DNA of 32,000 bases from the NCBI GenBank assembly GCA_964480775.1, contig CAYZRF010000009.1, forward strand, positions 1 through 32,000, read 5' to 3'. Every line of letters starts with the position of its first letter. Within the stretch, counting starts at the first letter, position 1. A model generated the notes under the pieces. The model searched no databases, was not told the DNA's origin, and was given only the letters and a program-made list of their open reading frames with translations. This DNA is from an uncultured Nitrososphaerota archaeon (GTDB lineage: Archaea; Korarchaeota; Korarchaeia; Korarchaeales; Korarchaeaceae). Positions 24,926 to 32,000 of this stretch are shown here, in pieces. The position numbers and the translations under genes were made by a program.

Positions 24926-25736
24926 GAAATTTCCGAATTACTTCTGCGGCCTCGTCAACCGTCAAGAACTTTTTTGGGAATTTCCCAACCTTGAGGTTTA
25001 GCTCCACAACCTGTGGAGGTCTTATGAAAGCCTTTCGCAAAGTCTCATAGTCATATAAGACTTCTTCTACCGATCCATCCTTCAAGATCCTACCATCTGC
25101 CATCAAAATAACTCTTTTAGCAGTTCTGGCAACGAATCTCATGTCATGAGTTATTACTACAACAGTTTTACCTTCTTCATTGAGTCTTATGCATAGATCG
25201 CTTAGAACCTTTCTTCCAACATGATCTTGACCTGTTGTTGGTTCGTCTAAAACGAACACCTCAGGATTCATCGACAATATTGAGGCAACCGTTAGAAGCT
25301 TCCTCTTTCCGAAATCTAAATCATAAGGATGCATTTCTTCAGTTCCTTCCAATCCAACAACCTTCAAAGCCTCTTTTACTCTTCTATCCACCTCTTCCTC
25401 ACTTAAGTCCAAGTTTCTAGGACCATATGCAACTTCTTCGTAAACAGTACTCATAAATATCTGGTGAGCTGGGTTTTGGAACACATATCCGACCTTCGCT
25501 ACTATTTTATGGGTTGGGGTCTCTTTAGTGTCCATTCCTGCAACAACAACTCTACCCTTCGTAGGTTTTAAGAGTCCATTGAAATGTTTCGCCAAAGTTG
25601 TCTTTCCTCCACCATTCTGGCCTATCAAAGCAAGGATCTCTCCAGGATGGATCTCTAGGTTAATCTCTTTTAACGCAACGACTTCTGGACTGTATTCGAA
25701 CCAAACGTCCTCAACCCTAATTATTGGTTCAGTCAT
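24912..25736 (-). CDS. ecfA2: ECF-transporter ATPase component with degenerate ABC signature motif
   Basis: 274-aa ORF. Walker A is GQNGGGKTT, Q-loop is FQNPAHQ, Walker B is VFVLDEPTTGQD and H-loop is ITHD. Where LSGGQ is expected the sequence reads LDFGK. The start overlaps the upstream stop (TAATG). The symbol reflects gene order only. Confidence 0.88.
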   Translation of the reverse strand: MTEPIIRVEDVWFEYSPEVVALKEINLEIHPGEILALIGQNGGGKTTLAKHFNGLLKPTKGRVVVAGMDTKETPTHKIVAKVGYVFQNPAHQIFMSTVYEEVAYGPRNLDLSEEEVDRRVKEALKVVGLEGTEEMHPYDLDFGKRKLLTVASILSMNPEVFVLDEPTTGQDHVGRKVLSDLCIRLNEEGKTVVVITHDMRFVARTAKRVILMADGRILKDGSVEEVLYDYETLRKAFIRPPQVVELNLKVGKFPKKFLTVDEAAEVIRKFLKSR

Positions 25737-26590
25737 TAACTTAACGCCTCCTTATAGAGATCTATTGCTTCATCTAGCGTTATTGGGTAATCTTCTCTTG
25801 ATACCCCCAACTCATTTCTGAGAAGGTGCGTGAGTTCAGTTACCGAAGGCGGATCTACCCCTATCTCCTTAAGTTTCTCTACGCTTGACAAAACTCTCTT
25901 TCCCTCACCTTTTAATACCATTTCCCCATCATATAGCGCTATAATCTCATCTGCAAATGTTGCAAGTTCCTCTATCTCATGCTCAGCGACTACTATCGTT
26001 TGACCTCCAGCAGCAAGTTCCTTAACAGTTTCGAAAACCTCAAACTTTCCTATGGGATCTAGTTGGGCAGTTGGTTCATCAAGTACCAGTATCTCGGGTC
26101 TTACTGCTAAAACGGTTGCTATGGCTAGCCTTTGTTGCTGTCCTCCAGAGAGTTCGTAAGGTGATCTTCCCTCCAGACCTTTTAATCCAACCGTTTCTAT
26201 AGCTTCTTTGACCCTTTTATCAATCTCTTCTTTAGGAAATCCGAGCATGGCAAGACCAAAAGCAACTTCTTCCTCTAATGTAGTTGCAACTCCCGATAGC
26301 TGATCTAGTGGATCCTGAAATACGATTCCTACCTTCGTCGAGAGCTCCGCTATGGTGTGTTTAAGGGTATCCATTCCAGCGACGATAACTTTGCCAGACA
26401 TTCTGCCGCCAAAGAACTGAGGCACAATTCCGTTTAGAGAAAGGCATAAAGTTGTCTTTCCAGCTCCGTTTGGACCTATTATCCCTAAAACTCCTCCTCT
26501 CTTAACTTTGAAGGAGATGTGCTTAAGCACATTCTCCCTCGTAGGGTAGGAATAAGTGACATCTTCAACAATGACCGGATACTCTTCCAA
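25736..26590 (-). CDS. ecfA1: ECF-transporter ATPase component (canonical motifs)
   Basis: 284-aa ORF. Walker A is GPNGAGKTT, Q-loop is FQDPLDQ, the signature is LSGGQQQR, Walker B is ILVLDEPTAQLD, and the H-loop histidine sits in AEHE. TTG start. The symbol reflects gene order only. Confidence 0.9.
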   Translation of the reverse strand: MEEYPVIVEDVTYSYPTRENVLKHISFKVKRGGVLGIIGPNGAGKTTLCLSLNGIVPQFFGGRMSGKVIVAGMDTLKHTIAELSTKVGIVFQDPLDQLSGVATTLEEEVAFGLAMLGFPKEEIDKRVKEAIETVGLKGLEGRSPYELSGGQQQRLAIATVLAVRPEILVLDEPTAQLDPIGKFEVFETVKELAAGGQTIVVAEHEIEELATFADEIIALYDGEMVLKGEGKRVLSSVEKLKEIGVDPPSVTELTHLLRNELGVSREDYPITLDEAIDLYKEALS

Positions 26591-26613
26591 TCTAATCGCC
26601 TCTTCCCATAAAA

Positions 26614-27564
26614 CTATCTCCCATAAACAACTCTGGAAACTAGGAGATCAATGAAGGCCTTACCATCAAGGTCAACGCAGACATTGGCATTCGCAGGTCT
26701 CTTAAAGGATTCCGGAAGCCATTCTCTAAGATCTGCCAGAGTTTCGCCGCGCGTTAAAGTACCGCAGACTTCAACATCTACATGAAGCCTCTTAAACTTG
26801 AAGATTTCTGGCTTTATCATATAGCTTAGGGCCATTGGATCGTGCATAGGAACTGGTTCTATAAGATAGACGAATCTTCTCAGCATCTTTTGTATTAACT
26901 CTCCCGTCTTAGTTCCTGCCTTGCCTATCTCTTCATAGAGGGATTTGCTTATCCCCGCATCTGGCCTCATGGTAACATCAAGACCGAAGGCGTAGATCTC
27001 TGCTCCTGAATTAAAGACTATTTTCGCTGCCAAAGGATCTGTAGCAATGTTGAACTCGGCTCTTGGACTTTCATTTCCATATCCCCAAGGAGTTGTTGCA
27101 TAGGCTCCACCCATTATAACGATAGAAGACAGTTTATTGGCAATATTGGGTTCAAGAAGCAATGCCATTGCAACATTGCTAAGAGGTCCAGTTGCTACGA
27201 TACTTATCTCCTTTGGACCACTGTCCATAACTTTCTCTCTTATGAAGTCAACAGCATGGCCCTTCGCAGGTTTCATACGGGGTTCTGGGAGATTAACGTC
27301 TCCAAGTCCATCTTGGCCGTGAACAAATTCAGCTGTCCTAAGTTCTCCAAACATAGGTCCTTTCATACCAGCAAATACTGGGACTTTCTCTAATCCCATA
27401 AATTCAAGCATTTTGAGGGCATTTTTCGTGGTTAATTCAAGAGGAACATTTCCTCCTACCGTTGTGATTCCTAAAATCTCCAATTCTGGAGATCTGCAAG
27501 CAAGCATTATAGCGATAGCATCGTCTATTCCAGGATCCATGTCCAGAATTACTTTCTTACCCAT
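26614..27564 (-). CDS. Inosine-uridine-preferring-type nucleoside hydrolase (IU-NH family)
   Basis: 316-aa ORF with ATG start. It has the N-terminal aspartate cluster ILDMDPGIDDAIAI (DxDxxxDD), then GNV, ATGPLSN and HDP blocks. Confidence 0.92.
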   Translation of the reverse strand: MGKKVILDMDPGIDDAIAIMLACRSPELEILGITTVGGNVPLELTTKNALKMLEFMGLEKVPVFAGMKGPMFGELRTAEFVHGQDGLGDVNLPEPRMKPAKGHAVDFIREKVMDSGPKEISIVATGPLSNVAMALLLEPNIANKLSSIVIMGGAYATTPWGYGNESPRAEFNIATDPLAAKIVFNSGAEIYAFGLDVTMRPDAGISKSLYEEIGKAGTKTGELIQKMLRRFVYLIEPVPMHDPMALSYMIKPEIFKFKRLHVDVEVCGTLTRGETLADLREWLPESFKRPANANVCVDLDGKAFIDLLVSRVVYGR

Positions 27565-27566
27565 AT

Positions 27567-28415
27567 TTATCCCGCTACCACATATTTGAGATGAACAATG
27601 GGTGAATTCCCGTATTTCAAATAGATATACACAACTAAAATGGTCAAAGCTGCCATTCCAGCCATGAAAACGAAATCTTCCATTTGAAAAGTTATCTCCT
27701 TCAAAGGAGTCTTTTTAGTGGGGGCGGTAAAACCTCTCGACTCTAAAGTTATTGCTCTCGTCTGAACTCTATTCAATGAAGACAGAGTTAAAGGAACTAC
27801 CAAAGCTATGTAATTCTTGAACTTCTTTACAAGACCCACATCGGTCTTAAGACCTCTAGACACTTGAGCCTGAAAGATTGTTCCAACCTCATCTGCTAAA
27901 ATTGGAATGAGTTGGACTGCTGCAGTAAACATGTAAGCCAGCTTATACGACATTTTCATTTTCGTTATGGTAGAAGTTATCTCCGCCAGTGGAGTAGTCA
28001 AGTAGAAAAGCATCGCTGAACCTATGCAAACTCCCACCCTTGCAGGCCAGGTTATTGCATACGCTAATCCTTCATAATAAAAGGAAAATTCTCTGCCAAA
28101 TAACTTAATCGTAAAGAGAACTGTTTCATTACCCTGAAAACCTGCTGAAGGTGACAAGATAATTATCCCAACTAATATCCACGGAATCACTATTACGGCT
28201 TCAGTTAGATAGATCTGTTTGTGTATCTTTGCAATTCTTGCGCACATAAGTAGTGCGACAAGCAGCACTGAGACAAGTACATAATCATAGAAAAGGTAGG
28301 CTATTATAGATATCCACCAGAAAAAGATGAATTTTGTCCTTCCATCGAGCCGATGAAAAAAGGTGTTGCCTGCTGTATAAGCTCTCTTCAATAATAAGCT
28401 TCCTACAGCACTCAA
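27567..28415 (-). CDS. ecfT: ECF-transporter transmembrane T component (EcfT/CbiQ family)
   Basis: 282-aa ORF. LDGRTKF is near the N-terminus and several TM helices follow. The conserved coupling-helix arginine motifs are QAQVSRGL and TRAITLESRGF. Confidence 0.85.
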   Translation of the reverse strand: MSAVGSLLLKRAYTAGNTFFHRLDGRTKFIFFWWISIIAYLFYDYVLVSVLLVALLMCARIAKIHKQIYLTEAVIVIPWILVGIIILSPSAGFQGNETVLFTIKLFGREFSFYYEGLAYAITWPARVGVCIGSAMLFYLTTPLAEITSTITKMKMSYKLAYMFTAAVQLIPILADEVGTIFQAQVSRGLKTDVGLVKKFKNYIALVVPLTLSSLNRVQTRAITLESRGFTAPTKKTPLKEITFQMEDFVFMAGMAALTILVVYIYLKYGNSPIVHLKYVVAG

Positions 28416-28458
28416 CTACATCACCAAAAAAGAGGAAAGGGGGAATTTATATAAACAA

Positions 28459-29049
28459 TTATCTCTTTGCCAAGACGAAGCGCTTAGGAACCCTGCTTGC
28501 GACGATAAGAGCTAAGATCCATGAGATTGATTTGTCTATTAGCTCAGTCGCCACATTCTGAAGATAGTATGCCAGAAGCTGATTCCCGGTGGCACTCAAA
28601 ACACCAAAGTAAACTATTGCTGTTGGTTTCGCTAGAGGACCGGCACCAAACGTGTAGAGCCCTATTGCTGTACATTGGATTGAGTAAACAAAACCTAACC
28701 ATAGGAAGGCAGGAATGAGCTTCAATGGTTTCTTTAGGTCATCCCAACCGAGTTTCATGAACATAAAGGACCATATGGCTATTGCTATGTTACATGTCCC
28801 CCAGATCCAAGCTGGTAGACCCCACACAGTCATAGCCATAATAAGGTTGTAAAGGAAACCTCCTATTGCTCCAACCCACACACCCGAGATCAGTGTTCCC
28901 AACATCGTAGCCCAGGTGTCTCCCCAAATGGGTAGTTTGAGAGTCTCTACTATTACCCCTGTCACGTAGTTCAGTCCTGCAATTACTGGAATCATTACTA
29001 GAGCCATTATCTTTGCCCCAGTAGGCACAACTTCCCTACTTTCTGACAT
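28459..29049 (-). CDS. ECF-transporter substrate-capture (S) component-like membrane protein, specificity unknown
   Basis: 196-aa ORF with six hydrophobic helices. It shows the S-component-like pattern LPIWGDTWATMLGTLISGVWVGAIGGFLYNLI and lies directly upstream (43 nt) of ecfT. Confidence 0.6.
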   Translation of the reverse strand: MSESREVVPTGAKIMALVMIPVIAGLNYVTGVIVETLKLPIWGDTWATMLGTLISGVWVGAIGGFLYNLIMAMTVWGLPAWIWGTCNIAIAIWSFMFMKLGWDDLKKPLKLIPAFLWLGFVYSIQCTAIGLYTFGAGPLAKPTAIVYFGVLSATGNQLLAYYLQNVATELIDKSISWILALIVASRVPKRFVLAKR

Positions 29050-29153
29050 ACCGCATCATCTTCCTCGTTTCGTTAGTTGGCTAACCTGTCGCCTGATATA
29101 ATATTAAGATTTCCCCTTTTTCACCAAAAAAGAAATGTAGGTGTGGTAAAAGG

Positions 29154-29936
29154 TTAAACTATCAAACCACCTTTGTCCAATAGAACAATAGCTTCTAAAG
29201 CCACTCTTATCATGTTCTTTTCCCCTGATATAGCCTTACCTTCTTTCGTTTCAGTTGCTTGAACCGCATATTCCCTAATTCCTTCGGCTGGTTCCTCTCC
29301 GAATTCATCAACAACATTTACTATGCATCCTGCCTTTATTCCTCTGAGCCTTCCTACCGTCATAAGTGTTGCTGCTTCCATTTCAGCAGCTATAACCCCC
29401 ATTTTGTGCCAAAATTGATCCATTTTTCTTATTTTACCTGAATAAAGCGCATCTTCACTTCTAGTGATTCCTACCCAGTATTTGAAGCCTATTTCGTCTT
29501 TGAGCGAATCTGCTGCTCTAACTAGAGCCACATATACTTCTGGATCTGGAACTGCTGGATATCGGACTGGAACGTACTGCTTGCTAGTTCCATCCTCTCT
29601 TACGACTCCTTGGGATATAACGAGGTCCCCTATTTTGATACCTGGCTGAAGAGCCCCACAGCTTCCTACACGAATTATTACTTTTGCCCCCACGTTTGCA
29701 AGCTCCTCTACTGCTATAGCGGTGCTAGGTCCACCAATTCCTGATGATGTGGCTGATACTCGAATTCCCTTGTACGTTCCAGTTATTGTTCTGAACTCCC
29801 TGTTGAATGCAATTTGCTTGTAATCATCTAACAGCTCACCTATCCTTAGCACCCTTCCTGGATCACCAGGCATCAACACGTATTTAGCGACATCTCCCTT
29901 CCTGCACAAAATATGTGGCTGAAGCGTTCCTTCCAT
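29154..29936 (-). CDS. Nucleoside phosphorylase, PNP/UDP family (second copy)
   Basis: The ORF track extends to 30044 (296 aa). Alignment with the paralogue at 4599-5348 begins at M37 (MEGTLQPHILCRKGDVAKYVLMPGDP vs MGIQPYIMCGPGDVAKYVLLPGDP), and an A/T box sits about 26 nt upstream of that ATG, so I call the start at 29936. Blocks present: TYKGIRVSATSSGIGGPSTAIAVEEL, IIRVGSCGALQ, AEMEAATL. Confidence 0.85.
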   Translation of the reverse strand: MEGTLQPHILCRKGDVAKYVLMPGDPGRVLRIGELLDDYKQIAFNREFRTITGTYKGIRVSATSSGIGGPSTAIAVEELANVGAKVIIRVGSCGALQPGIKIGDLVISQGVVREDGTSKQYVPVRYPAVPDPEVYVALVRAADSLKDEIGFKYWVGITRSEDALYSGKIRKMDQFWHKMGVIAAEMEAATLMTVGRLRGIKAGCIVNVVDEFGEEPAEGIREYAVQATETKEGKAISGEKNMIRVALEAIVLLDKGGLIV

Positions 29937-29954
29937 AGATTCTGAAGGTTCATG

Positions 29955-29967
29955 TAATTCTAATAAA
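29955..29967 (-). promoter_or_regulatory. Candidate TATA box for the second nucleoside phosphorylase gene
   Basis: On the reverse strand, TTTATTAGAATTA spans -31 to -19 relative to the ATG at 29936. The spacing matches the other first-gene A/T boxes in the window. Confidence 0.3.
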
Positions 29968-30082
29968 CTTGTTTGAGATTCCAGATTATGAAATCTCTTT
30001 TCACGAAAAACTATAAACACCTCCTTGTTGCACTCACTCTCCACCCCTCAGTTTCAAAGCATGATGGTGCGTCTTCGCATTT

Positions 30083-31021
30083 TTATCCACGAAAACTACT
30101 TTGTTTCTCCTTAAGAAAGGCCTCAAGCTCTTCCAAGGTTGGAAGGGCTTCTTGGGCTCCTATCTTAGTGGTTGCTAGAGCTCCAGCATGATTCGCCATA
30201 AAAACAGCTTCGTTTAGGTTTTTTCCTGAAGCCAAAGCAAATGCAAGAGCACCACAAAAGGCATCACCAGCACCTGTTGTATCAACGGCTTTAACACTAA
30301 CTCCTGGGATAATTTTATGCTCATTCTTATCAACAAGCAGGGCTCCTTTTTTCCCAAGCGTTATAACTACGGCGTTTATACCAAATCCTAATAATTTTCT
30401 TCCCGCCTCTATAGCAGAATCTAAATCTTTTACAGGTATTCCAGTGAGAATTTCTGCTTCTACCTCGTTTGGAACAATTACATCCACTGATTCTAATAGC
30501 TCCTTAGGTAAGGACCTTGCGGGGGCAGGATTCAGAATTACCCTAAGGCCAATCTGTTTTGCGAGCGTAGCAGCATATTGAACAGTTTCTGTTGGAATCT
30601 CTAATTGAAGAAGGAGCACAGATGTCCTTTTCATTAGATCCTTTATCCTATTAACATCTTCAGGTGAACACCGAGAATTGGCTCCAGAGGCTACAGCTAT
30701 CAAATTCTTTCCAGCCTGATCAACCATTATAAGAGCGACTCCTGTATGTGCATTTTTGTCAATTGTTAGATAATCCACATTTACGCCTTTATCCTTGAAG
30801 TTCTTCAGAAGTATTCTTCCAAAATCATCGTCTCCTACCCTACCAACAAAATAAGACTCTGCTCCCAACTTTGAAGCTGCGACTGCTTGATTTGCACCTT
30901 TTCCTCCTGGAGACATCTTAAATTTCCCGCCAATTACAGTTTCTCCAACTACTGGGAGTTTTCTTAGTTTTACAATGAGATCCATGTTAGCAGAACCTAC
31001 TACAACAATCCTAGGACCCAA
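30083..31021 (-). CDS. rbsK: Ribokinase (PfkB family)
   Basis: 312-aa ORF. Blocks present: IVVVGSANMDL, PGGKGANQAVAA, and the C-terminal anion-hole/catalytic block VDTTGAGDAFCGA. TTG start. Confidence 0.88.
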   Translation of the reverse strand: MGPRIVVVGSANMDLIVKLRKLPVVGETVIGGKFKMSPGGKGANQAVAASKLGAESYFVGRVGDDDFGRILLKNFKDKGVNVDYLTIDKNAHTGVALIMVDQAGKNLIAVASGANSRCSPEDVNRIKDLMKRTSVLLLQLEIPTETVQYAATLAKQIGLRVILNPAPARSLPKELLESVDVIVPNEVEAEILTGIPVKDLDSAIEAGRKLLGFGINAVVITLGKKGALLVDKNEHKIIPGVSVKAVDTTGAGDAFCGALAFALASGKNLNEAVFMANHAGALATTKIGAQEALPTLEELEAFLKEKQSSFRG

Positions 31022-31201
31022 GGAACCACCGGCATTCCTTTCACGAAGAACTCAAAAAAGTGTTGCAGTTTGAAATACTTGTTGACACAATCCGCATTTT
31101 AAACCTATTTGAAGCTCCTAAAGACAGTTTAATAGTAGTTTAGGCCCAAAATTCAGATTATTTTCAAGTCTAGAATGGAAACAATCTCACTAACCAAAGA
31201 G

Positions 31202-31213
31202 ATTAATTAATTT
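31202..31213 (+). promoter_or_regulatory. Candidate TATA box for the edge-truncated amidohydrolase gene
   Basis: ATTAATTAATTT is centred about 26 nt upstream of the ATG at 31233, in the 211-nt divergent spacer shared with rbsK. Confidence 0.3.
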
Positions 31214-31232
31214 CTCAAAAGTTGGAATTTAG

Positions 31233-32000
31233 ATGGCTGATATCCTTATCAGACGTGGAATTGTAGTTCCCATGACTGAGAGAAAGATCTTGAAAGAAAC
31301 TTCAATTGCGGTAAGAGAAGGAAGAATTGTTGCTATGGGACCAGACGACACCATTAGAAGGGAATTTCCATCGGATATAGAGATAGATGCGTCCGATCAC
31401 ATAGTAATACCTGGTCTCATCAATACTCACACCCATCTCGCAATGACATTATTCAGAGGGGTGATGGATGGAGTTTCAGGCATGGAATGGCTCGACAGAG
31501 CGTGGTCCATAGAATCAAATCTCACTAGAGACGATGTATACTGGGGATCCTTGTTAGGTTGCTTAGAGATGATAAAAGGAGGAACCACCTGTTTTGCGGA
31601 TCACTACTTCTTCATGGATACAGTGGTAGACGCTGTTAAGGAGTCCTTTATTAGAGCTGCCTTAGCTCAAGCAATAATTGAAGAAGGAGGGCCTATGGGC
31701 ATAGATACCACGCTTGAGGGAAGTTTAAACTTTGCAAAGCGATATGATGGAGCGGCAAAGGGAAGGATAACTTGCATGCTTGGTCCACACTCTGCTTACA
31801 CTTGTAGTCCGGATCTATTGAAGGAAGTAAGAGGACTATCAGAGGAAACAGGTCTAAGGGTTCACATACACTTATCTGAAGGTATGTCTGAGTTAAGGAT
31901 TGTAAAAGAAAAGTATAAAACAACTTCAATAAGGTTACTCAACCAAATAGGACTTCTTAACCCAAAATTGCTGGCAGCTCATGTAGTCTTTGCCGATAAA
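31233..32000 (+). CDS. MtaD-like amidohydrolase (methylthioadenosine/adenosine/nucleobase deaminase family), 5' part; runs off the right window edge
   Basis: Absent from the ORF track because it has no stop in the window. Translation from ATG 31233 is open for all 256 codons: MADILIRRGIVVPMTERKILKETSIAVREGRIVAMG...HIVIPGLINTHTHLAMTLFRG...GGTTCFADHY...RVHIHLSEG...LLAAHVVFADK. It has the canonical HxH and HxxE blocks of this family. Confidence 0.85.
   Translation, partial: MADILIRRGIVVPMTERKILKETSIAVREGRIVAMGPDDTIRREFPSDIEIDASDHIVIPGLINTHTHLAMTLFRGVMDGVSGMEWLDRAWSIESNLTRDDVYWGSLLGCLEMIKGGTTCFADHYFFMDTVVDAVKESFIRAALAQAIIEEGGPMGIDTTLEGSLNFAKRYDGAAKGRITCMLGPHSAYTCSPDLLKEVRGLSEETGLRVHIHLSEGMSELRIVKEKYKTTSIRLLNQIGLLNPKLLAAHVVFADK

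Noticed and set aside
29937-30044. 36-codon N-terminal extension of the second nucleoside phosphorylase, as drawn in the ORF track
   Set aside because: The paralogue alignment starts at M37, the extension has no counterpart, and it contains the A/T box expected about 26 nt upstream of the ATG at 29936.
31693-31929. 78-aa reverse-strand ORF
   Set aside because: It is antisense to the open, clearly amidohydrolase-like plus-strand frame that starts at 31233.
1-32000. Search for CRISPR repeats, tRNA/rRNA genes, transposases/integrases, or a defence island
   Set aside because: I saw no regularly spaced direct repeats, no tRNA-like T-arm/acceptor patterns in the intergenic spacers, and no recombinase or typical defence-gene motifs. 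The window looks like core/accessory metabolism rather than a mobile or defence locus. This is a by-eye result only.

Overview
Densely coding archaeal chromosomal window with about 30 protein genes. I could not recognise any rRNA, tRNA, CRISPR array, transposase or integrase by eye. Gene content points to a thermophilic TACK/Thermoproteota-like archaeon: a short nuclease+HhH2 XPF, a ~230-aa archaeal triosephosphate isomerase with AIEPPELIGTG, a tungsten AOR-family enzyme, Roadblock/LC7 and BtpA, plus AGA/AGG/ATA-rich codon usage. First genes of transcription units tend to have A/T boxes centred ~26 nt upstream of the start codon (leaderless type). Internal operon genes carry GGAGG boxes. Left to right: an edge-truncated MFS transporter, a decayed permease-Usp pseudogene, a ClC-CBS channel, a Roadblock protein, a polytopic membrane protein, a nucleoside phosphorylase, a HAD-IIA phosphatase, XPF, a type-II P-type cation ATPase, a polyferredoxin+AOR operon, tpiA, a corrinoid methyltransferase operon, a Yip1-like protein, a thioredoxin-CcdA fusion, a BtpA-amidohydrolase-MFS operon, and an ECF-transporter/nucleoside-catabolism cluster ending in a second, edge-truncated amidohydrolase. 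Two findings stand out. (1) An MT1/corrinoid-protein/MT2 operon whose MT1 belongs to the MtmB (monomethylamine methyltransferase) family, but has Phe where MtmB has pyrrolysine and has no in-frame TAG. This is a candidate uncharacterised demethylase system. (2) An ECF importer operon with a nucleoside hydrolase inserted between ecfT and the ecfA genes, flanked by nucleoside phosphorylase, ribokinase and deaminase-like genes. This is a candidate ECF-type nucleoside uptake/salvage module. All functional calls rest on motif recognition by eye and recalled family sequences; no searches were run. Several ORF-track starts are TTG/GTG and remain uncertain.
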